This document shows, piece after piece, positions 12,001-22,184 of a stretch of 64,000 nt of DNA. Under the pieces are notes generated by a model that saw only the letters and a program-made list of their open reading frames with translations, was not told the origin of the DNA and did no database searches. The position numbers and the translations under genes are program-made. Within the stretch, counting starts at the first letter, position 1, and every line of letters begins with the position of its first letter. The stretch is from Phoronis australis (Eukaryota > Animalia > Phoronida): NCBI GenBank assembly GCA_002633005.1, contig NMRA01000001.1:3762102-3826101 (forward strand), written 5' to 3'.

Positions 12001-15000
12001 GAAAGCATGTTGACATACAACATAATCATTTCCAAACTACAAAACAATCCCAAAATAGCAGTAGAGTGCCACTTTAAGTCGTGGAAGGAAGGGACCGATT
12101 ACCCCCCCCCCNAGGGGAGGGGACAAGGGGGCAAAAATGGTCTCTAAAGAGGGCTGAAATTCTGCTATGCCTACATTCGAGCAAAGCTATGCCACATATG
12201 ACACTCCAACAGCCATGTCCAGATGCATCTAATATGCGGATTACATTTTGGTGAAAATCAAGTAATGTGCAGACATAGGGACCACTTGCATCATTCAAAA
12301 CCACATCCCAAAATACCACAGCACTCTCATTGATTTCGAGACATTTACCCACATTGCAGTGCAACAGCAGAGCACTCAGTACACTGCTTGTGTGCTAATC
12401 ACTAGTTTATCCCGGATTTACTTTGACATTTGGTATTCTGAAGCTACTGTCAGAGATGAAATGCAGAAACCAGAAAACTGATAAAATGGGTAGAATGCCG
12501 CCTCAGATCAGAAACATTTAGCAGTGCCTAATTTTTCAAAAGAAGGTCTACCGTATGTCCAATGAGTTTTTATCTCCACGAAAGAGAAGAGTTGATCTTG
12601 GGAAGTCCCCAATAAACAGTTGCTCAGGATAGTGAATGTGCAATTAAGAATGTGACAGTCTACCTGTTTGATAATAGCCTTGAGTGCTGTGCACGCCTCC
12701 TCTCTGAAGATGTCGATGAATTGATACTTGTGCTGTCTCACCATACCAAACACTATGGCAATGAGTCGCTCCTGGAACCAAACAAATGGCAATACAAAAC
12801 TGCATTATAATGACTGACTACAGCCCTAGTACACATTTAAAACTGTTTTCTTGGTTCAGCAACACAAAAAAAAACAAAAAAGGGAACTTCATTAAACCCT
12901 GTAATGTCGATCACAAAATGCCACTTATCGGCCTTGGTTTCATCCCATTTCAAAGAAAAAGTAAAAAAGTTGCTCTGGAAATTGGCAAAAATTTGGAAAT
13001 TGATCACCATTCTGATAAACGTCCCCGACAAACTCCCCTCGCAGATTACAGTAAAATAACTTGTCACAGGCTGAGGGAAAGAATCTGAGAGCAGTTTCAG
13101 TATTTCAGTGAGCAAACCAGTTCAAGTGACTTTTGTATGTGGAAAAGAGCTAACACAGCAGTTAATCACTCACGTGTGGTGTGGTGTGGCCCGACTATCA
13201 TTCACAGGACATTCTTAACAGAGCACACAATCTCACTAAAAACGATCCTGCTGTGTCATATGTTTTCAAGTGAAAAGACTAGACCCACTTGTACAGAGCC
13301 TTTGGTTACCCAACACTAGCTAGTCACCAGGTTTTCCATCAGAGAACTCATCACATCTACCAAAGTGAGTTTATAGGAATGTGGACAAATGGCCAAGTAT
13401 TGGTGAACTCTACATTTAGATCAACAGAGCTGAGTTCCAGACCTGTTCCATGATAAGGTCTTTCTCCAGTATCGTCCTATTCAGATCAGTCTGTACATAT
13501 CTGATGAAGTCAGCCTGCATCATCTTGTCAATCAGCCTTTCCATCTCTGCCAACTGGGAGCCTAAGTGTCTACAGTAGATACACTAAATATTGAGCAATC
13601 AATCTTTATCCACAAAAGCTAAGTACGTTTTCAAATGGCAAAAGCTTTAATTTTCTCAATGATATGCAAGCTGCCCAAAATTGTAAAATTTCTCTGGTTG
13701 TTAGTCCACAAACCGCTTTACTTAAATCCTTGTGACACAATTCTAGAACCTTGAAACTCGTTACTATTATGGTGACTATTCACAAAATACCTGGACAGGT
13801 GTGTTTTAATTATTTTTGAATTATGATGCACCAGCCACTAGTCATGCACTATTGGCAGCCTCAACCATCAAATTGTGTCCCAGGTTAAATACTGAGAACA
13901 CCCATTAATTTCATATTAAATTTAGTTTCAGTCAAGCACTTAGGAACTTATTCCATGACAAAGTAACAGTAAAGAGTAATAAGGTGTCTTCAATGAGAAT
14001 GATTTCCTCTGACGGCCAGTATTGCCCTATCTAAACCTGTGCATTCTGGCCACTTCTCCAGTCTGCTCTCCCTGTGAGTCAAATGTTCTGTAGAACAAGT
14101 TTATAGAGAAAAGCGAGATCACGCAAAACTACACAAAATCACGCTCGAGACATTATTTAACTAACTTAGTAAAATGGCTACCATGGATTTCAGGATTGGT
14201 TGGTAAGGTTGAAATGTTGAATTATGGGATAGAATTCATGAACTGTGAAACAGAATTCACAAAATGTGAAACAGAATTCACCAACTCCATTCTATACACA
14301 AAGATTTATCACCACAAGTACACGGCAAATGCATTGGATCTACGGATCTCAAACCTGGTTGATGCACAGAACATAACACACAATACAGGATATTTATTTG
14401 CCTAAGATTTACTTTACCTAAAGCTGTGTATTCCAGCCAGTTCCTGACTCAACACTTCCTGAGTGGTAGATATCAGGTCGAGGGCGCCAACAAACTCATT
14501 GGTACTCAACAACATCTGTATGGTTGGCTGGGTTTGGTGCACTGTTGACATAAGTTTCAACTGGAAATAAAACCTTCTTGTTGTTAGGTAGCCCACAAAA
14601 AGTAGATACGTTTCACATGAGCATCGCACAAATTTGAGAAATAAAGCTCGGCCTGGTTGTAGTGACAATTGAACACTGAATGAAAACTCAGTAAGGAGTA
14701 GACGGATAATCGTTATTGTATACTAGGAGATAGCACTTGACTGAAATGACCAACGAGGTCAGGCCATAGTATAGAATAGTAGAAAACATTCTAATAGATT
14801 CCAGCATGTAAGTGACTAAAATAGAACTGTTGTCTGGAACATTCTAGAACCTAGTGCATGTTTGTAGAATGAATGGGTACAAGATTCCGGAGAGTTATAG
14901 AATGTTCTTGAATTTTTAAAAAGCTCCACAACATTGTAAGTGACTATAAATGCCCAGGGTTGGTGACCGTCAGTTGAATGGGCGGAGTCGAAAGAGTTGA

Positions 15001-18000
15001 GTATTGGCTCAACGTGGTTGGCCTATCCCAGCATTTTTCAGCACAAGACTTCTTTTCTGACTTAAATCTTAAGGTGACAGCTTGAGCACATGGATGGGGG
15101 TGAGCCAATCAGTAATGATTCATTTGTTAAAACACAGCGAAGCAGTGGTGATTGGTCACAAGGAACAAAGTGTGTCCCATAGCAGCAAACCATAGTGTGC
15201 AAACCAAGTTTTAAACACAGAGTGAACAAAATAACACTTTTCTGACACCAGATAGTACCTTGGTGTAAACCTTGATGTAGTTGGCACGTAGTTTGGTGCT
15301 CCTTAGAATGTCCATTGAGCCCTGAACAAGCACTGCATCCAACTGGTGCATTTTGTCCCTGGAATAAAACAGGTTACATTAATCAACTCTAGTCAATCCT
15401 GCACTGTGAATTCATGCACAGCAGCGAGATGGAACAAAAAATTTTTGGTTCAGTACCGTTTGGTATGCAAATCAAGATTCAGAATCAAAAATCAAGTATT
15501 TCAATTTAGAACAGTATATTTTAACATTCACATTTAATTAGTTGCTTACAACAGAAGACTTAGTTCAAGTGCTTTTTCAGGAAAATTAGCTTATCAACAT
15601 GCTTTGGTGACAGTCAAGACATTTGGGCACTGATGATTTCTCCAGAAACAGAGAAAACTCTGCAGGCACAAACGATCCAAGGACGTTTAAACTCGCTGTT
15701 GCTACACTTCAACTTAACTCCAATTGACTCGTGCTTAGGTATTTATTATCTCTTACAATGTTCTGGAACTTTTCACCAGTAAACAAACACATTCTAGAGC
15801 TTTGCCTCTAGTTTTCTTTTGTAAACAAAATTATATCACCACTAGCCTGACCCCATAGAACACTCTCCTGGAATGTTCTCTAGTATTCAATAGTAAAAAA
15901 ATTAGATCATCACTAGCTTGACCTCATGGCTCACGTCAATCAAGTGCTATCTGCTAGCACACAGATAGAATAGCAAAACTAGAGTCAGTCTACTCCTGAC
16001 AGTGACTATAATTTTTAAAATAAATTTGACGAAGTTTCGATATAAAAAACTGCAAATAAGTAAGTGGTAATTATCCATGTTTTTTCCACTAGAACACATT
16101 TCACTTTAATTGGGCAATATCTTGATAGGTGTTGCTCCAAGTATTTTGCTACAATCGCATCAATTTGTCTTGCAAGTTAATTTTCGAATAAGCAATTAGT
16201 GGCTATTCACAATAACGTCATATAAAACTCTACCCAAAGTTCCACAAAAATACTATTTTTATTACCTTAAGAGCCCAATGAATCTGGCAGAGTATGACAG
16301 AGTTGTGTTAGGCAGTCTCATTTTACTTTGAAAACTACTGTACACTTCCAAAATCGCCCATCAGTGACAGCAATAACACCAAGTATTGACACCACTCAGC
16401 AATACTATCACAATCTACAGCAATACCAGCAGACACTACTATAAACTGATCCTACCGGAGGTGCTTTATGGTAGCGCATGTCTGGGCCATGCGTGACTGC
16501 AATTCATCGTGTGACGTCATTGCATGAAAAAAGGCATCCGCTCGCAACGATATCTGCTTGGCTATTTGTACCTCAATGATGTCTAAGTAATGGCTCAACT
16601 GAAAAGTAGAAATATATGATCTTGACAATGTTCTTACCGGTTGTAACTTCAATCAATCTATATTGGAAACCTAGTGATGCAAATTATGCATCAGTTGTTT
16701 ATTGTAAAATTGTAACTACAATAAAGATGCATTTAATTACCTTATGCATACATGCAATAACGACTGCATAACTATTAATACTATCTGTATATAGTAAAAA
16801 ATAAATAAAAGGAAAAATAATGATTCAGATTAAACACCAGGGAGCGTAATCAATTTGATGTAGCATTTAAAAGGATCAAAACCTAAGTTAAAATGACATA
16901 AATGTAAACTTCAGAGGCAATATTTGACAATAAAGTATACATGTTGTCATGTAATGCATAAGTAGAAATTAAGACATACAGAATAAATGATAGCAAATTC
17001 AAAAACCTTTTCTTGCAGAAGTTTTGATGATTTCTGTCCCTCGGTAGCACCTGGTTTCACAGCCTCAATGTGTGACCAAGGGAAGACGGCACTGAATGTA
17101 TCTGGGTTTTCCAGTGAGAAGTTTGGCAAAAGAAACAGCTTGGGAATTTGTTCGAGATCAGAGTTGGACCTCTCTGAAACCAGCCAATGAAACAGCATTA
17201 TTAGAGATATGTCTCGCATAACTTGTCATCGTTAAGTCATCATTCTGCATAACTCATCACTTTGCATAACTCATCAGTCTGCATAACTCATCAGTCTGCA
17301 TAACTCATCAGTTTGCATAACTCATCAGTCTGCATAATTTGTTACCTTTCCTTCATTCCTAGTTACAGGCCCATACTTACACGTAAGTTGTCACTCTGAT
17401 AAGTCGTCCCTTTTCTCACAGTCCCGAAGGCAACAAGTTAAGCGGGATACTGTGTATTGTAAATAACCCAATTTCAGCTGGATACGGATTGTTCAATCAA
17501 TTCATACGTTGCTGGTATTAATGAACAACGCACTCCTCAATATAACAAACACTACTACATGAACATATGATTTCACATTACACGGCAATAATCACTGTTC
17601 AACTTGCTGTGTTGACTGACTAATAAACAATGTGCTAACTATTAATTCTTCAGAAACGGGGATTTGAAATGTTCATCAAGTTACATAACCCAGACTGCAA
17701 ACAACATTACTGATCAACTGTGGATCTCCATTAAAGAGCCGGTAACTTCTGTCAGACGGAGTGTATAAACTTACCATATCTTCTACTGCGCAGAGCAGGA
17801 AAGACATCAACAGGAAGGGATGTATCACATGAACTGGATGATGATGTCCTCGAAGTGTGACTGTGTCTCTTAAATTTCTGAAACGAGGCAAGAGTTTCAA
17901 CAGTTCAACGCATAGGGCGTGTCTTTAGATGAGTAGTTTTTTCTTAAAAGAACTTGTGTTTTACTTCTTGATTTTGGTACTTGGGAATTGTAAACAGAAA

Positions 18001-21000
18001 TCACGATGCCAAATAGACACTAGTATTATTATAGCAAGTACATAGTATGTGAACACTTCTTTAGCTACTTAAACAGTTTACTCGCAACATTTCAATGTTC
18101 ATTGCACAAGCTTTGTATTGAAGAAGGTCGTCATAATAATGTAGCCAGAGATGGTAGATTTAGTAAAATTTGCAATATAATTGGCGACTCAGGATGAGGC
18201 ACATTTTATTTGTCAGTGTCCTGGAACCTCTGAGCAAACTTCTTGCCTGAGTTATACCAAGTTGGTGCAAAGACTGCGAGATTTTTTAAAAGCAAAGATC
18301 TAAGTGTGATTAAGCAACTTGCTACATTTATTTATTAAGAAATGGAAATGTGAGACAAGAGATGTCGTACTAACTCTGTTGAATATGTAATACGTACAGA
18401 CAATGCCCCCAACATGCTAATTATAATCATTATAATTATTATTTTTATGCACTCATGTAATGTTTTCGCACACATATAATGCTTTTTGTTGCTTTCTGGG
18501 TTTAACTCTTACTAATTGTATTTTTCGTAATAAACATTAAAAAATTGTAACAAAGACTTGGAAGGTGACAAAAACCAGATGAGATTTTTGATCTGTTACC
18601 AACTAGAGGATCCAACAGCAGTCGTGCTCATACCACTTTTGCCTCTTCCCAATTGTTTTGACTACTGAGTGAGACAGACAAAATGGATTTTTCAACCCAT
18701 AACACTTAACATTGAATCTGCGAGAACACAAGGATCAACTTTAAGGTGCTTCTATGGAAACCTTAACACACAGACCGAGATAAGGAAGATGCTCCAAAAA
18801 TTAGTTAAACAGTCAAAAACAGAACTGCTAATCAAAATGCCCGAAACTCATGATGAAAGGCAATATGAATACCAGCTTATACACCATCTCAACATTTCAA
18901 TTACTACCCGATTGCCACAGACAGTAATAGAGAACAGTTGAAATTAGTCAAGTCCTAGGGAGAAGTCAACCCTTTGAGAATATCACTTTCAGACCTGCAA
19001 CTATGCTGATCCCCAAAAGGACAGGAATCTGTGCGTTGCTCAATATGCTTTGAGAAAATTCTGGGAGTGGTGTCACTAATATTATCATGCTTTTGACATT
19101 AATATCTTGGAATGTTTGAGTAAACAAATATTAAGTACTTAAGTTACATAAAGAGATTCAAGGCACAAATTATTGACTGAATAAACTTCAAACTTCTGAA
19201 GTGTTGACTGTTAAAAACCAGGGTTTAGTTTGTGTCTCAGAACAATCATGGGCCACTGCAATTAAAAATAACTGAAAACAAGAAGATTCTAAATTGTGTG
19301 CTGTCCACATTCAGACATAAAATTACTTCAAAACGTATATTTTGAAACATGAACTTTTTGCTATTGAAGTTTATAATCAATGTAAAAACATATGTTCACA
19401 AGATATTGATCACATGGCTTTGAACAGTCACTTTGCATGAATTCTGTTTTGTTTTTAGCCTTGAAAAATTGAAAGCAAGGCATATTTGTGTACTCATGAT
19501 AAAGATTTATTACATGTATGTCAGTATTGTAATTTCATTTTCAATAAAACCTTAGCTCACCCCTGCAGTTTTCTTCAGGTATCTCGCAAAATGCTCTTTC
19601 GTGATCACAGGTAGGTATGGTGATGGCATCACCTCGGCAACATCAAACTCCTCACCCCATGTCTTGGTGAAGAAGTCTGTCTCGCGTTTCACAAGTCGGG
19701 GGTCATTGAGCACAGCAGGCAGGTTGACCTTCGAATGGTAAACAGTCCACTTATGCTGGTCTTGAACCAAGTTCGGCTCCCTGCTTGGGGTCGACTCCCG
19801 GCTGCCCTGACTACCAGATGACTGAGAGCTCTGTCTTCGAGAGGCTGTTATAGCAAATTGATAACTTAGTTATGAAAATTTTAGGGCTGCTTTCTGAAAC
19901 GCTCAGGATCACGAAACCAATGTATCATGTGAGCAGGCCGTCGAAGTCCATTACTTCAACCCCCGACCTATATTTTAACTGACATGCTTGAAGTCTGACG
20001 TCAGTGTAGCTCCGTCAGGGTAAAATTGGTCCTCCGTGCAATAAGCTCACTTTTCAAAAATTTAGATTTGAACTGCCCATGCTTGGCTTACCGCCCACCG
20101 TTTTTAGATTCCCAATTTAAGCGCCCTGGGGTGGTAACGCGGACGACTACAGTTTTCTAGGTTAAAAATACCATGCAACAATCAAGCAAGGTTTAAAACT
20201 ATGTTGTGTCTCTAGAGACTACAGGCAGTCCACACAATGGTCACCATATGACAAGTCTACATTACAACAGAAAAAAGAGCAAGGCACAGTGTTGAAATGC
20301 GCACATGATAGCACAGCAAATGGTGTGATTCTATAGGTGTCTTTGTATCATAAAAAGGCCATTAGATGACACAGAGTGAGTCAAACCCATCCAAGTTGAG
20401 AATGTGGCATCGTCTTTGTAAAACACAACTATTTGTCAAATTTCATGAAAATGAGCCAAGGAACTCCTAAGATATAGAGGCAAATGTAAAAACAATTGAC
20501 ACAAGGGGGCACAGCTATAATCCGATTGGTCTGAAACTCATCATCTGTTGCCATTTATAGTTCAGTACAACGTACATTACACATTACAGCAGGGTCAAAT
20601 GTTCTGGAAAGAAAAAATATTTGTACTGCCTGGGAAATCTCACAGCCGCACACCTAGCCTAAATCTGACAGAAATTCTGATTGAAGCTGTGAAACAAAAT
20701 GGTCTCTTCAAGAAATATCCCTGTCTGTTGCAATGAACATTATGATGTTCACTTGAATGTGTAGCTATTTCCACTCGGCATTTCCCATACACTAGCTGCT
20801 ACCTGTTAAGCACGGGTAACTGTAGACAATGTTGACCATCGTCTGTGCTGGCGCAGCTAGAACAGACGATGGAGCTTCTATAGGAGCTTCATAGGCCAGA
20901 AACTTTTAGGCAAATTATGCCACGTACTGACTAAAACATCAAAGTCACGTTGTTATAAATACCTTTTGCGTATAGAAGAGGGACACCTTAGAAGGTCGTC

Positions 21001-21806
21001 GATGTATTTAATTCTTTCCAGCTCGAACAAATACTCCCGTTAGGCGTTATCCAAACTTTTTCTTCGAGCAGTCCCTCGTTCAGTTCCCAAAATCGGTAAC
21101 TTGCCATTTTCACACTGCGCACGCTAGGGGATACAAATATGTCATGCCACCTGCCAGGCAAAGAGTTAAAAATGGCGAGTCACCGATTTTACCTTTTGGG
21201 AACTGAACAAGGGACTGCTCGAAGACAAAAATTGATAACGGGAGTATTTGTTCGAGTTGGAAGGAATTAAATACATCAACAACCTTCTAAGACTAAGGTG
21301 TCCCTCTTCTATGCGCAAAAGATATTTATAATTACGTGACTTTGATGTTTTAGTCAGTGCGAGGCATAATTCGCCAAAAAGCTTCTGGCATATGAAACTC
21401 CTATAGCAGAGACGACGGTCATTGTCTAGGGTAACAGCTAGTATGCCTTAAATACCGTGGACGTGGTCTGAATCGAATGTTCGTCTTTTCTGTTTTCAAC
21501 ATATAAAAAAATTTCATCCTCACCATTTGCAAGATAATTTTCACCCGCAACGTGGTCCTTAGCAACGTGATCCTCGTAATCTTTATCACTTACACCTTCT
21601 AGTGGAAGTGAAGGGCAGATTCCGTTCGTTCCATAACGACACACAAAAGAACCACCTTCTTTAGTACAGTGAAAATCGCGAAGGTGCCGACAGAAATCAC
21701 GGGGAGATTTAAAATTGGAGATCTCTTGACACAAAATACAGCGTTTCCAAGGTACAGTCTTACTTCTGGTGTAGTGGTCTACTGTCCTGGACGACATATT
21801 AGTCAT
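3082..21806 (-). CDS. VPS54: Vacuolar protein sorting-associated protein 54 (GARP complex subunit), 20 coding exons, about 976 aa
   Basis: Exons 5'->3' on minus: 21524-21806, 19561-19844, 17775-17877, 17007-17173, 16456-16598, 15259-15358, 14418-14560, 13443-13569, 12664-12771, 9744-9896, 9481-9608, 8810-8942, 8092-8273, 6696-6814, 6245-6302, 5585-5778, 4838-4959, 4090-4278, 3354-3448, 3082-3181. All GT-AG, phases consistent, total 2931 nt ending in TGA. Recognisable Vps54 motifs: NLPAVLNDPR..ETDFFTKTWG, LLQEKLSHYLDIIEVQIAKQIS, TVHQTQPTIQMLLST, FNSRTCQLVLGAGA, WEVRAPMPS, NDGGPQHGLVT. Confidence 0.95.
5398..5470 (-). pseudogene. tRNA-like sequence (SINE head or tRNA pseudogene; GAT in the anticodon position)
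   Basis: Minus strand GTCCTGATAGCTTAGTGGTCTAGAGCGTCCGCATGATAAGCAGAAATTCCCGGTTTCGAACCCTGGTTGGGGC: A box, degenerate B box, GU-rich acceptor stem, mismatch in the anticodon stem. Confidence 0.6.
6430..6745 (-). repeat. 76-bp tandem repeat spanning the VPS54 exon 14 3' end and 5' splice site
   Basis: GCAG|GTAGGTGAATG recurs with junctions at 6696, 6620 and 6544, plus a decayed copy at about 6430-6500. Confidence 0.9.
7094..7238. repeat. 47-bp tandem repeat x3
   Basis: AAAACACATTGCATGCAGACGTACGTCACATCTCACTTAATGTCTTC at 7094, 7141 and 7188. Confidence 0.9.
7380..7890. repeat. Diverged 150-170-bp satellite-like array
   Basis: Recurrent GGACAA..ATCTTGTTGAAAA(C/T)TAAAA.GG.CAAC at about 7388, 7534, 7685 and 7840. 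Confidence 0.55.
9924..10350 (-). repeat. 72/77-bp minisatellite derived from the VPS54 exon 10 3' splice site and exon start
   Basis: Unit TCTCCAG|ACTGTGATCACAGCTATAGTTGAGATGCTGATATTGATGAG versus true exon TTCAG|ACTGTGATTACAGCAATAGCTGAGGCTGATATTGATGAAG; about 6 copies. Confidence 0.9.
11289..12112. repeat. Second copy of the minisatellite plus about 520 bp of unique flank, duplicating about 10000-10873 across an N gap
   Basis: 11581-12103 closely matches 10340-10873 with scattered substitutions and small indels; the copies are separated by the 10874-11288 gap. Confidence 0.85.
14691..15010 (+). mobile_element. Decayed solo-LTR-like repeat
   Basis: AGGAGTAGAC...CTAGGAGATAGCACTTGACTGA...GAGGTCAGG and several ATTCTAGAA motifs; homologous to the reverse complement of 15697-16001. 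Confidence 0.45.
15697..16001 (-). mobile_element. Decayed solo-LTR-like repeat (TG...CA ends)
   Basis: Minus strand begins TGTCAGGAGTAGAC...CTAGCAGATAGCACTTGATTGA...GAGGTCAAG and ends GCAACA; no TSD seen. Confidence 0.45.
17244..17338. repeat. 17-bp minisatellite, about 5.5 copies
   Basis: Unit GCATAACTCATCAGTCT. Confidence 0.9.
20878..21406. mobile_element. Foldback MITE with about 230-bp TIRs in VPS54 intron 1
   Basis: CTATAGGAGCTTCATAGGCCAGAA... / ...TTCTGGCATATGAAACTCCTATAG; arms about 20878-21110 and 21168-21406. An outer short inverted pair (TAGACAATG..GACCATCGTCT at 20823 / AGACGACGGTCATTGTCTA at about 21411) suggests nesting. Confidence 0.9.
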
Positions 21807-22184
21807 TATTGCCCCACCATTTTTCTAAGTTTACATTATTTCGAGTAACTTTTCCATCTATCACTGTCGGTTTAAATCCCAGGAAAAACTCGTCCACTCG
21901 GATCGGCTCGCCATGATTTTTACCCACAATGCTCAAATGGCTAGACTTAAATATAGGTCAACCCTAAAACTTCAGCTTTACAGCCCTTCACCGTACAAAA
22001 TCAATATTTTAAGTGGAAGCCACAAACCTCTTGTTACACGGTTATGAAAAAGGAAAGCCTTTTCCTGGGTAACCTGCTATAGGAACAACGTTTTGCACAT
22101 TTCATGAAACGGAAGTTCGTCTGCTACACTTTTAAAAGCGCACCTGACTTGTATCCGGGCATTTTACTCGATTCTCAAACAGTC
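21807..22184. promoter_or_regulatory. Probable bidirectional promoter and 5' UTRs shared by VPS54 and WDR20
   Basis: The two start codons diverge only about 380 bp apart; ETS-like CGGAAGT at about 22110. TSS positions cannot be read from sequence. Confidence 0.7.

Noticed and set aside
10340-12112. About 520-bp direct duplication as a real segmental duplication
   Set aside because: The copies flank an N gap, both end at the same poly-C break, and they differ at allele-like levels; most likely two uncollapsed haplotypes.
15625-15670. Hammerhead-like CTGATGA...GAAA-CAGAG/CTCTG
   Set aside because: Stems I and II do not form and the U16.1 position is C.
22104-22184. In-frame upstream ATG extending WDR20 by 27 aa
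   Set aside because: Family similarity starts at MAAQAEGGGK (22185, good GTCATGG context); the upstream ATG overlaps the ETS-like promoter motif and is probably upstream of the TSS.
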